Source: an uncultured Pseudomonadota bacterium
Lineage (GTDB): Bacteria; Myxococcota_A; Polyangia; Fen-1088
Length of the DNA: 64,000 nt
Direction: 5' to 3'
NCBI GenBank assembly: GCA_963819375.1
Contig: CAWFVU010000004.1
Span: 321,960 to 385,959 of the forward strand
Shown here piece after piece: positions 47,300 to 59,301 of the stretch. Every line of letters begins with the position of its first letter. Position 1 is the stretch's first letter. The position numbers were made by a program, and so were the translations under genes. Below the pieces are notes generated by a model that worked only from the letters and a program-made list of their open reading frames with translations, did not search any database and was not told the DNA's origin.

Positions 47300-48508
47300 G
47301 GGGAGAGCGCCCACCATCCTGGTGGTCGACGACAACCTCCAGAACCGCGAGGTCGCCGAGGGGAACCTGATCGGCGCCGGGTACGCGGTCATTCAGGCCG
47401 AGGGGGGAGCGGAAGGGCTGGCGCTGCTCGCCGAGCGGCGGCCCGATCTGGTCCTGCTCGACGTCCTCATGCCCGGGATGGACGGCTACGAGACCTGCCG
47501 GAGAATTCGCTCGCTTCCCCAGGGGGGCGACGTGCCGGTTCTCTTCCTCACCGCGCTCGGCGATCTCGAGACCCACAAGGCGGCGCTCGAATCGGGGGCC
47601 GACGACTTTCTGACCAAGCCCCTCAATCGAACCGAGCTCCTCATTCGCGTGCGGTCGCTGCTCCGGATCAAGCGCCTGTCCGACGAGCTGCGCGCCAACG
47701 TCCAGGTGATCCGGACGCAGCGGGACGCTCTCCTGGCGGCGCAGCGGCAGAAGGACGAGCTGACGGCCCTGATCGTCCACGATCTCAAGAACCCGCTGTC
47801 GAGCATCCTCTCCAACGTCCAGTACGTGCAGAGCCGGGCGGCGTTGCCGGTCGACGAGCGCGAGTCGCTGGACGACGTGTTGCGCGCGTCGCAGTCGATG
47901 GTGCGCCTCGTGATGAACCTGCTCGACGTGAGCCGCAGCGACGACGGCGCGCTCATCCCCCACGTCTCGGCGTTCGCGCTGCCCGAGCTGCTCGGTGAGA
48001 TCTGCTCCGAGATGGGGCGACGGATCGAGGACAAGGGGCAGCGGCTGGAGCTCTCGCTGGCGCCTGGCGTGGGGCCTCTGCGCGGCGATCGCGACCTGAT
48101 CCGGCGGATCGTCGAGAACCTGATCGACAACGCCTACAAATACGGTCCCAAGCGGGCGAAGATCTCCGTCGAGGTGCTGCAGGCGACGATGGACGAAGGC
48201 GCCGAGGCGGCCGTCGAGATCAGGGTGCGCGACGAGGGGGCAGGGATCCCCGAGGCCTACCGCCAGATCGTCTTCGAGAAGTACGGGCGGGCCGGCGGCT
48301 CCGGGATGCACGAGGGGCGCTCCAGCCACGGCCTCGGGCTGGTGTTCTGCCGGCGGGCGGTGACGGTGCACGGCGGCGCCATCTGGATCGACGAGCAGGC
48401 GACCCGCGGCAGCTGCTTCTGCGTTCGCCTTCCGGTGGCGCGGCTGCCGCTCAGCGCGTCGGCCGCGTCGTCGGGGTTCGCCGCCGAACGAAGCGGGCTC
48501 GCCTCCCG

Positions 48509-48512
<4 letters not shown>
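47280..48512 (+). CDS. hybrid receiver-histidine kinase (REC-HisKA-HATPase)
   Basis: ILVVDDNLQNREV..LVLLDVLMPGMDG..DDFLTKP, then H-box LIVHDLKNPLSSI and ATPase boxes ..RDEGAGIP.., GHGLGLVFCR. GTG start, 20-nt overlap with the preceding gene. Confidence 0.85.
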
Positions 48513-50941
<2,429 letters not shown>

Positions 50942-50996
50942 TTGGGAGCCCTGGGGGCCCCGGGCTCTCGAGAAGGTTCGCGGCAAGCCCATACCT

Positions 50997-51053
50997 GTGG
51001 GTGGGGGTAAGCGTGGAGACTCTCCCACCCACGCAGAAAAAAACTTTTTTTGC
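50997..51053 (+). terminator. structured intergenic element: 9-11 bp hairpin followed by an A7-C-T7 palindrome (possible terminator)
   Basis: GTGGGTGGG (50997-51005) pairs with CCCACCCAC (51024-51032), then GCAGAAAAAAACTTTTTTTGC (51033-51053). It starts 56 nt after the kinase stop. The T-run is not directly adjacent to the GC stem, so terminator function is uncertain. Confidence 0.4.
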
Positions 51054-51120
51054 GCCTTATCGGCCTGGACGACGATCAAGGTCGATCGCGGATGGGAATG
51101 AAGTCTCCAAAGGAGATTCC

Positions 51121-52569
51121 ATGACACGAGCCCCCACCCCCTCGCGCTCTTCGCGAACTGTTCGTCCGCGGATGGCGCTCTTCGCTCTCTGCGGTCTCTC
51201 ACTGGGCGCAGCGTGCATCGGGGGTGCCGAGCCGACCCAAGATGAAACCAGCGCGCTGGCCGGTACGGGCGTGACGGCGACCCTCTCCACGCAATCGGAC
51301 TGGGGAACGGGCTACTGCGACCTCGTGACGATCACGAACACCGGCGCGGCCACCACCGGCTGGCAGGTCGTCGTCACGCTCAACTCGACGTATTCGCAAT
51401 CGTGGAACGCCGCCGCGGTCGTCACGAACGGACAGCTCAGCGCCGCATCGCTCTCCTGGAACGGCGCGCTGTCTACGAACGGAGCCGCCTCGTTCGGATT
51501 TTGCGGGACCTCGACCAGTGGGACTTCGCGGCCGGCGTTGTTCTCTGTGACGGCGACGCGGCCCGGCGGCACGGGGGCGGGCGGAACCATGGGCGCAGGC
51601 AACACCACCGGGACGGGCGGGGTTACGGGCAAAGGGGGCGTGACTGGTACGGGCGGCGCAACCGGGACTGGCGGCTTGACCAGCACGGGCGGAACGACTG
51701 GCACAGGCGGCGCCAAGGGCGGCAGCACCGGGACCGGCGGCCTGACCGCCATGGGCGGAACGACCGGCACGGGCGGCGCCAAGGGCGGCAGCACCGGGAC
51801 CGGCGGCCTGACTGGCACAGGCGGCGCCAAGGGCGGCAGCAGTGGGACGGGCGGGACCAGCACCGGCGGCACGACCGGCACGGGCGGCGGCGCCGGCTCG
51901 TCGGGCACCTGCATGGCCGGTACTCTCCCCAGCGGCGGTACGCCGCACACCGGGGATAGTCAGGGAACCGCGGCCGGCCTCAGCTGGTCGCTCTGGGAGA
52001 ACGGAAGTGGTGGATCCATGACCACCTTCAGTGTTCCTGCGTTCAGCGCTGCTTGGAACAACTCGGGCGACTTCCTGGCCCGCACCGGCCTGGAATGGGG
52101 GAGCGGCAAGGCATACACGTCATTGGGAACGGTCACGGCGCAATTCGCCGAGACGAAATCGGGCACGGCCGGCGGCTACTCGTATATCGGAATCTACGGG
52201 TGGTCGGTAAACCCGTGCATTGAATGGTACATCGTTGATGACTCGTACAACAAGATGCCGGTCAACCCGGGCTCTACGACCAATAAGGGCACGGTGGTGA
52301 TTGACGGGGGCACGTACACCTTGTACACCCGCCCCACGACTGGAACTGGCGGCAATCGTTGCGGCAGCAGCGTCACGAGCTGGAACCAATTTTATAGTAT
52401 CCGCCAGACGGCACGCACGTGCGGGCAAATATCCATTAGCGATCACTTCAATGCGTGGGCCAACGCTGGTATGACACTCGGATCCGTGCTGGAGGCTAGC
52501 GTCCTCATAGAGGTCGGCGGCGGCAGTGGAACCATCGATTTTCCGACGGCAAATGTAACGGCCCGATAG
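51121..52569 (+). CDS. secreted endo-1,4-beta-xylanase: N-terminal CBM2, Gly/Thr linker, GH11 catalytic domain
   Basis: CBM2-like WGTGYCDLVTITNTG..GWQVVVTL..ASFGFCG. A ~110-aa (GTGG..) linker. GH11 motifs YIGIYGWSVNPCIEWYIVDDS, WNQFYSIRQ and LEASVLIEVGGGSG. Confidence 0.85.
   Translation: MTRAPTPSRSSRTVRPRMALFALCGLSLGAACIGGAEPTQDETSALAGTGVTATLSTQSDWGTGYCDLVTITNTGAATTGWQVVVTLNSTYSQSWNAAAVVTNGQLSAASLSWNGALSTNGAASFGFCGTSTSGTSRPALFSVTATRPGGTGAGGTMGAGNTTGTGGVTGKGGVTGTGGATGTGGLTSTGGTTGTGGAKGGSTGTGGLTAMGGTTGTGGAKGGSTGTGGLTGTGGAKGGSSGTGGTSTGGTTGTGGGAGSSGTCMAGTLPSGGTPHTGDSQGTAAGLSWSLWENGSGGSMTTFSVPAFSAAWNNSGDFLARTGLEWGSGKAYTSLGTVTAQFAETKSGTAGGYSYIGIYGWSVNPCIEWYIVDDSYNKMPVNPGSTTNKGTVVIDGGTYTLYTRPTTGTGGNRCGSSVTSWNQFYSIRQTARTCGQISISDHFNAWANAGMTLGSVLEASVLIEVGGGSGTIDFPTANVTAR
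51600..51900 (+). repeat. imperfect tandem coding repeats of the xylanase linker
   Basis: GGCGGCGCCAAGGGCGGCAGCACCGGGACCGGCGGCCTGAC recurs at 51706, 51772 and (slightly diverged) 51820, embedded in GGN/ACN low complexity. Confidence 0.7.
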
Positions 52570-52798
52570 AAGTAGCCGCCGATCTCGATCAGCCGCCGTC
52601 GCCACCGCCCGCGGATCCCGTCGCGCTGCCGCTGGCGGTCGGTGCGCACGTAAACAGGGCGGCCGCTTGTCCGCTTCCGGTCAGCGCGAGGGACAAGGTG
52701 CCGCCCGACAGGGTCAGCTAGTTTTAGCGCGGAGCCCGCTACGGTTCTTCGATGATCGACGAGGCGGGCTCGACACTCACCTCGGAGGCGATGGTTCA

Positions 52799-54350
52799 AT
52801 GAGCCCCCTTCATGTTCGGGTTGCCATTATTGGAACTCTGATTCTCGGCGCTGCGACTGGTTGCGGCGTGCCCGGGCGCGCGACCGGCGGGATCAGCGAC
52901 GGCGGTGGCACGGGCGGTGGTCCAGGCGCAGGAGGTGTCGCCGGCAACCGCGCGACCACCATCCCCGTGATCTCCGGCCTGACGATCACGCCCAATCCGC
53001 ACAACAACCTCTCTTGCTTCGTTGCCTGGACGACCGACGTCGCCTCGGCATCGGAGGTCCAGTTCGGGACGGCGACGTATCAGTTCCACATCGCCGACGG
53101 CACATCGGTCACCGCGCACAACGTGCTGGTGATCGGCATGTACGCGTCCACCACCTACCTGATCAAGGCGATCTCGGCGGACGCCGGCGGCTCGGCGAGC
53201 GCGACCGGGATGTTCACCACCGGTGCGTTGCCGGCGGGCCTGCCGACCGGGACCATCACGGTGAGCAACACGTCGGCCGCCCAGGCCGGCTGGACGCTGG
53301 TCAACATCATGCCCGCGTCGTCGAGCGGCGGCTTCAACGGATTCAACGGCACCGTCCCTGGGATCATGACGATGTACGACATGACCGGCCTGCCGGTCTG
53401 GTACTTCGTCAACGGCACGACGGCCGACACACGCGGCGACGTGTCGCTGCGCGTGCTCGCCAACCACAACCTGCTCCTCGGCCCCTCGTCGGGCGAGCCG
53501 GCCAAGGAGATCGACCTCGCGGGCAACGTCGTCTGGATGGGCCCGGCGCAGCCAGCCGCCAACGCCTCGACCTCCGACCCGACCACGGCGCCGATGTCCC
53601 ACTACGCGGGGAAGTTGGACAACGGCGACTACGTCCTGTTTCGCGACCTGACCAACGCGAACGGTATCGGCGGCGCGCTGGTGCAGGAGCTGACGCCCGA
53701 GAACGACGTCGTCTGGCAGTGGAACTTGTTCGACCACGTGACGCCGCCGGCGAACGCGGCGAAGGACTGGTGTCACCCCAACTCGGTGACCGTCGACGAC
53801 GAGAACGGCGTCTTCTATCTCAACTGCCGGTTCCAGGGGCTCATCAAGGCGAGCCGCTCGGGGAACGGCGACATCCTCTGGACACTGGGCGGTCAGGGGG
53901 GCGGCGACTTCACGTTCAACCCGGCCGACTCGACCTTCGACGACTGCCACGACCCGGAGATCCACGACGACGACGGATTCGATCCTCCTCTACAACAACG
54001 GCGGCAGCACGACGATGCCGCCCGCCGGCGTGACGACGCGGGTCCTGGAGTTCAAGCTCGACCTCGCGACGATGACCGCCAACCAGGTCTTCGACTTCCC
54101 CGAGAGCTTCAGCAACGTCGATTCCTGGTACACGACCAGTTGGTACACGCCCTACTGGGGCGACGCCGATCGCCTGCCCAACGCCGACGTCCTGGTCACG
54201 GCCGGATTCCGCAGCACGACGCAAACCACACACTTCTTCGAGCTCCGCCCGAGCGACGGCGCGGTGGTCTGGCAGATGACGCTCCCGCCGGGCGTCGGCT
54301 CGTACCAGGCCGAGCGCCTCTCGCCGCCGCCGCTGGTCGAGCCCCTGTAG
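52799..54350 (+). pseudogene. lipoprotein, arylsulfotransferase (ASST)-like beta-propeller with N-terminal Fn3-like domain; one +1 frameshift
   Basis: ATG 52799 with lipobox LGAATGC|G. ..DWCHPNSVTVDDENGVFYLNCRFQGLIKASRSGNGDILWTLGG.., then ..FDDCHDPEIHDDDG, where (~53980) the frame must shift to read ILLYNNGGSTTMPPAGVTTRVLEFKLD.. (ORF 54015..54350). Confidence 0.6.
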
Positions 54351-54563
54351 CGGACCGCCTGCGGGAGGGAGAGCTTGGCTCGCCGACCTCGCGGTGGAGG
54401 AGGACGTTCTCAATAACGAGCACTGTATTGCGGCGCACAACGAACTTCGGGCTCGCCCTGCTGGCCTCTGCGACGCGCGACGCACCTTTGCGCAGACGTG
54501 GCGTCCACTGGAACGGCCTGGTCGGTGGACAACGATCGACCCAGCACCGACAATCGCTCGTCG

Positions 54564-57500
54564 ATGGGCCCAGGAGACGTCATCGGCGGGAGATTCGAGA
54601 TCGAGCGACTCGCCGCCCGCGGCGGCATGGGGTCGGTCTATCGCGCCCGCGATCTCCAGACCGGTCAGGCCGTCGCGATCAAGGTGGGCGCGGGACCGGA
54701 CGACGCTCAGAGCCGGCGCTGGGATCGCGAAGCGACGCTGCTGGCGCAGGTGTCCGGGCCGGGCGTCGTCCGCTACCTCGCGCACGGGCGGGAGCCGACG
54801 GGCGACGCGTACCTGGTCATGGAGTGGCTGGAGGGGGAGGATCTGGCGGCACGCCTCGAACGGGAGGGCGTGAGCCTCGCCGAAAGCCTGGCCCTGGTGG
54901 CCGCCGTCGCGACGGCCCTGCGGCCCGCCCACGCGCAGGGCATCGCCCACCGGGACGTCAAGCCGAGCAACATCTTCCTGCTGGGCGGCGACCTCCAGCG
55001 CGTCCGGGTCATCGACTTCGGCATCGCGCGCGTCGGGGGCGAGGCCCGCTCGCGCAGCCTGCACGGGACGCCCGGATACGTCGCGCCCGAGCAGGCGCGC
55101 GGCGACGGCGTCGTCGACGCGCGCGCCGACGTCTTCGCGCTCGGGTGCGTGCTCTTCGAGTGCCTGACGGGTCGCCCGGCGTTCCTTGCCGACAACGTCA
55201 TGGCGCTTCTGGCCAAGGTCCTCCTCGACGACGCCCCGCGTCCCGGGGACGTCCGGCCGGGGCTGCCGCTCGAGCTGGACGAGCTGGTGGCCCGCATGCT
55301 CGCCAAGGATCCGGCGAGGCGCCCGGCCGACGCCGCGGCGGTCGTCGCCGAGATCGGCGCGCTCCGGGTCGCGGCCGAGCTGCCCCGGCGCGCCGTGGCG
55401 CGGGGACCGTCGGTGCTGACCAAGAGCGAGCAGCGGTTGGTCTTCGTCGTCCTCATGGGCGGGCGCGAGAGCCCGCCGGGCGCCGGCGCGGCGACGCTGG
55501 GCCACACGCTCGACGAAGCGGTCGACATCGCGCCCGAGGTGCGGGCCCTCGCGCGCGCGTACGGCGCCACGGCGGCGCCGCTCGCCGACGGCTCGACGGT
55601 GCTCGTCCTCGAGGGAGCGACCGCGGCGAGCGATCCGGTCGAGCACGCCGCGATCACGGCCCTGGCCCTCCGCGCGATGATGCCCGGCGCCCCCATCGCC
55701 CTGGCGACGGGCCGCGCCGCCGCCGGCGACCGCCTGCCCCTCGGCGACGTGATCGACCGCGCGTCGGAGCTGGTCCGCCGGCCGTGGGCCGACGGGGGAC
55801 CCGGACGGCCGGTCCTCATCGACGGCACCATCGCCGCTCTTCTCGAGGCGCGCTTCCAGGTGGGGGCCGCCGGGGGCTGCGCGACGCTCCTCGGCCACAA
55901 GCCGCCGCCAGGGGCGCCGCGGACGCTCCTCGGCGTCCCGACGGCGTGCGTGGGCCGTGACCGCGAGCTTGACGATCTCGAGTCTACGGTCGCGCGCTGC
56001 GCGACGGAGCGGAGCGCGCGCGGCGTGCTGGTGACGGCGCCCGCCGGCATGGGCAAGTCCAGGCTGCTCCACGAGCTGCTCGACCGGACGCGCCGGCTGC
56101 CGCAGGCCCCGGACATCTGGATGGGGCGCGGCGATCCCATGCACGCGGGCGCCGCCTTCGGCCTGCTGGGCCAGGTCGTGCGCGGCGCCATCGAGGTGCA
56201 CGACAACGAGCCGCTGGAGGTTCGCCGGGCACGCATCGGCGCGCGGGTGCGCCGGCACGTCCCGGCGCGCAATCAGGCTCGCGTGTCCCAGTTCCTGGGC
56301 GAGCTCGCGGGCGCCCCCTTTCCCGACGAGGAGAGCGCGCCGCTGCGTGCCGCGCGCGGCGACGCGACGCTCATGCGCGATCAGCTGGTGCGCGCCTGGA
56401 CCGAGTGGCTGGCGGCCGAGGCCGAGGCCCGGCCCATCCTGCTCGTGCTCGAGGACGTCCACTGGGGCGATCTGCCGTCGCTCCTGCTCGTCGATGCGGC
56501 CCTGCGGACGGTCCGCGACGGACCGTGGATGGTCCTCGCGCTCGGGCGCCCCGACGTGCACGACCTCTTCCCCCGGCTGTGGGTCGAGCGCCGCGTGAAC
56601 GAGCTCCGCCTCGACGAGCTCACGCCCGCCGCCGCTGAGGGGCTGGTGCGGCGGGCGCTGGCCTCGCGCGCCGCGCCCGAGATCGTCGAGCGCATCGTCG
56701 CGCGCGGCGCGGGCGTTCCGTTCTATCTCGAGGAGCTCGCGCGGGCCGAGGTGGAGGGCCGCGCGACCGCCATCCCGGAGTCGATCCTAGCCGTGCTGCA
56801 GGCGCGGCTCGAGCGGCTCGCGCCCGAGACGCGCCGGGTCCTGCGGGCGGCCAGCATTTTCGGGGGCACCTTCCCGCGCGCCGGCGTCGTGTACCTTTGC
56901 GGCAAGCAAGAGCGCGTCCGCGAGGCGCTTGCCGAGCTCGAGGAGCTGGAGTTCGTTCAGCCCTCCGGCGATTGTCGGCTCTCGGCTGACACGCGCTACG
57001 CGTTCCGGCACGCCCTCGTGCGCGAGGCTGCGTACGTCACGCTCACTGACGACGACCGCTCGCTCGGGCACCGGCTGGCCGGACAGTGGCTGGAGGAGAA
57101 CGGCGAGCCCGACGCCATGACGCTGGCCGAGCACCACGAGCGCAGCAAGGACGCGCCCGGCGCGGTGCGCTGGTTTCGCCGGGCCGCCGAGCAGGCCCTG
57201 GACGGCTACGATCTCGATGCGGCGATCTCGCGCGCCGATCGCGGCGTGGCCTGCGGCGCCGAGGGCGAGGCGCTGGGCGCCCTGCGGCTCGTCCAGTCGG
57301 AGGCGCACCTGTGGCGCGGCGACCTGGGCAACGCCGAGCGCGACGCGCTGGTCGCGCTGCGCGAGCTGCCGCGCGGCGGAGCGCGCTGGTACAAGGCGGC
57401 GCTGGGCCTGCTCATGCAGAACGCCAGCCTCGGGCGCGAGGATCAGGTCGAACGCTTCATCAGCGCGCTCGGCGAGCCGCACGCGACGGAGCGCAGCGGC

Positions 57501-58427
57501 GCCCAGACCATGGCGTTCGCCCTCGCGCTGCGGCTGCTGGCCATGCGCGGGAAGCTGGACCTCGCGCGCAGCTTCCTGGAGCGTCTGTCGACGATCGATC
57601 GCGACGCCGCTGACCAGCCCGCCGTCACGGCCATGGTCCCCGCCGGCATCTTCTACTGGTGGTCGTACGCCGACTGGGATCCCTGGGCGCGCCTCCAGTC
57701 CTCGCAGCGCTGTGCCCGCGAGTGCGAGGCCGTGGGCGACGTCCTCAACATGGCGATGGCGCGGATCCACGTCGGCTGGGCGCTGGTCGCGCTCGGCGCG
57801 TTCGAGGACGCGGAGCAGGTGCTGACCAAGACGCTGGCCTTCGCCGCGGCGCGCGGGATGGGCGGCCTCGTCCCCGACTTCGCGCAGGTGCACCTCGGCG
57901 CCGCCATCGGTCACCTCGGGCGCACCGCCGAGGCGCGCGGCATCGAGCAGGGGACGATCTCGAGGCTCTTTGGCGCGGGAAACTGGCTCATCGGCGGCTG
58001 GGCCCGGGCCGAGCACGCGCGCCTCCTGCTGGCGGCCGGCGAGCCCGAGGCGGCCGAAGAGGAGGCGCGAGCCGCCTGCGGCGCGCTCAGCCGGGTGCCG
58101 CCGGCGCGGCTAGGGGCGCTCGCGCTGCACGCGTCGGCGCTCCTCGCGCGCGGGGAGCCGGAGCTGGCGCGCGACGCCGCCGGCGCGGGCGCGGAGCTGC
58201 TGGAGCGCCTCGGCTGCGCGGCCGAGGGCGAGCCGGCGCTTCGGCTCGCCCTCGCGCGGGCGCTCGCGGCGACCGGACGGAAAGCCGAGGCCGATCGCGA
58301 GCTCCGGCGCGCCGCGGACCGCCTGCGCGCGGGCGCGGCCCGCATCCCCGACGAGACCTGGCGCCGCCGGTTCCTGGACCGCGTGCCGGAGCACGCCGCG
58401 ATCCTTCAGCTCGCGCCCGCCCTCTGA
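54564..58427 (+). CDS. Ser/Thr protein kinase fused to a degenerate cyclase-like region, an AAA (STAND-type) ATPase and TPR repeats
   Basis: Hanks kinase (GGMGSVYRA..AIKV, HRDVKPSNIFL, DFGIA, GTPGYVAPE). Then a ~170-aa alpha/beta region, then FVGRDRELDDL..VTAPAGMGKSRLL..LVLEDVHWGD, then a long helical-repeat C-terminus. ATG 54564 is preferred over GTG 54498. Confidence 0.85.
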   Translation: MGPGDVIGGRFEIERLAARGGMGSVYRARDLQTGQAVAIKVGAGPDDAQSRRWDREATLLAQVSGPGVVRYLAHGREPTGDAYLVMEWLEGEDLAARLEREGVSLAESLALVAAVATALRPAHAQGIAHRDVKPSNIFLLGGDLQRVRVIDFGIARVGGEARSRSLHGTPGYVAPEQARGDGVVDARADVFALGCVLFECLTGRPAFLADNVMALLAKVLLDDAPRPGDVRPGLPLELDELVARMLAKDPARRPADAAAVVAEIGALRVAAELPRRAVARGPSVLTKSEQRLVFVVLMGGRESPPGAGAATLGHTLDEAVDIAPEVRALARAYGATAAPLADGSTVLVLEGATAASDPVEHAAITALALRAMMPGAPIALATGRAAAGDRLPLGDVIDRASELVRRPWADGGPGRPVLIDGTIAALLEARFQVGAAGGCATLLGHKPPPGAPRTLLGVPTACVGRDRELDDLESTVARCATERSARGVLVTAPAGMGKSRLLHELLDRTRRLPQAPDIWMGRGDPMHAGAAFGLLGQVVRGAIEVHDNEPLEVRRARIGARVRRHVPARNQARVSQFLGELAGAPFPDEESAPLRAARGDATLMRDQLVRAWTEWLAAEAEARPILLVLEDVHWGDLPSLLLVDAALRTVRDGPWMVLALGRPDVHDLFPRLWVERRVNELRLDELTPAAAEGLVRRALASRAAPEIVERIVARGAGVPFYLEELARAEVEGRATAIPESILAVLQARLERLAPETRRVLRAASIFGGTFPRAGVVYLCGKQERVREALAELEELEFVQPSGDCRLSADTRYAFRHALVREAAYVTLTDDDRSLGHRLAGQWLEENGEPDAMTLAEHHERSKDAPGAVRWFRRAAEQALDGYDLDAAISRADRGVACGAEGEALGALRLVQSEAHLWRGDLGNAERDALVALRELPRGGARWYKAALGLLMQNASLGREDQVERFISALGEPHATERSGAQTMAFALALRLLAMRGKLDLARSFLERLSTIDRDAADQPAVTAMVPAGIFYWWSYADWDPWARLQSSQRCARECEAVGDVLNMAMARIHVGWALVALGAFEDAEQVLTKTLAFAAARGMGGLVPDFAQVHLGAAIGHLGRTAEARGIEQGTISRLFGAGNWLIGGWARAEHARLLLAAGEPEAAEEEARAACGALSRVPPARLGALALHASALLARGEPELARDAAGAGAELLERLGCAAEGEPALRLALARALAATGRKAEADRELRRAADRLRAGAARIPDETWRRRFLDRVPEHAAILQLAPAL

Positions 58428-58428
58428 G

Positions 58429-59277
58429 CTAGCCGCCCGCGGGCGCGAGCTCGTAGGCGATGAGGCTCTGCAGTCGCGGATCGTCCGGCGGCCCCAGGAT
58501 GTGCTTCTTGAGAACCCGGAACCCCGCGAGGACGACCTGGCGCTCGACGATGCTCGGCGCCAGCTTGTGCTCCGCCTCGTCCCCGGTGACGAGATCGTCG
58601 TGCGCGCTCTGCAGCTCGGCCACCGCGACCTCGACGTGGTCCCCGCGCATGGCCTCGTCGACGACGAAGCGGTACCAGTGCCACAGCGCCCGGCGTCGCC
58701 GCGTCTCCATCGCCCGCGCGCGCTCCGGCAGGGCGCCCGTCGCGCGATGGGCCTCGATCTCGGCGTCGCTCGTCAGCACGTAGCCGTTGGCCAGGTGAAT
58801 CACCGGCGCGGAGGCCACGTGCGCCAGCTCCTCGGGCGTGCAGTACTCGGGGCAGAACTCGTCCGCCAGCACGAAGACGCCGTCGTCGCGCAGCAGCTTC
58901 CGGGCCTGGACCAGGTACCCGCTCGGCAGGTGGTGGTGCGCGCCGGCGGACAGCAGAACGTCCACGGGCCGCGACAGCTCGGCGAGCGGCTTCGTGGAGA
59001 GCTCGACCCGGCTGCCGCGCAGGCGCTCCGCGGCGAGCGTCGCGAACGGCAGGAACTCTTCGTGCGCCGTGATGCTCGACTCGGGCAGCCGCTCGCCCAG
59101 TCGCTGCGAGGTGATCCCCGAAGCGCACCCGATCTCCAAGACGGCGGTCTTCCGCTCCAGCCGGCGGCAGTGACGCTCGACGAGATCGATGCAGAGCTCC
59201 TCGATCTCGGCGATGAAGGGGTGGCCCTGCCGCATGAGGATGTTGATGTCTGTGCTGGTGCGCGCTTGGTTTGACAT
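58429..59277 (-). CDS. class I SAM-dependent methyltransferase with helical insertion
   Basis: VLEIGCASGITS (motif I), DVLLSAGAHHHL, DDGVFVLADEF. The C-terminal ~110 aa are helical and not part of the standard fold. Confidence 0.8.
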   Translation of the reverse strand: MSNQARTSTDINILMRQGHPFIAEIEELCIDLVERHCRRLERKTAVLEIGCASGITSQRLGERLPESSITAHEEFLPFATLAAERLRGSRVELSTKPLAELSRPVDVLLSAGAHHHLPSGYLVQARKLLRDDGVFVLADEFCPEYCTPEELAHVASAPVIHLANGYVLTSDAEIEAHRATGALPERARAMETRRRRALWHWYRFVVDEAMRGDHVEVAVAELQSAHDDLVTGDEAEHKLAPSIVERQVVLAGFRVLKKHILGPPDDPRLQSLIAYELAPAGG

Positions 59278-59301
59278 GGCTCTGTTCGCCTCCGGCTGCC
59301 G

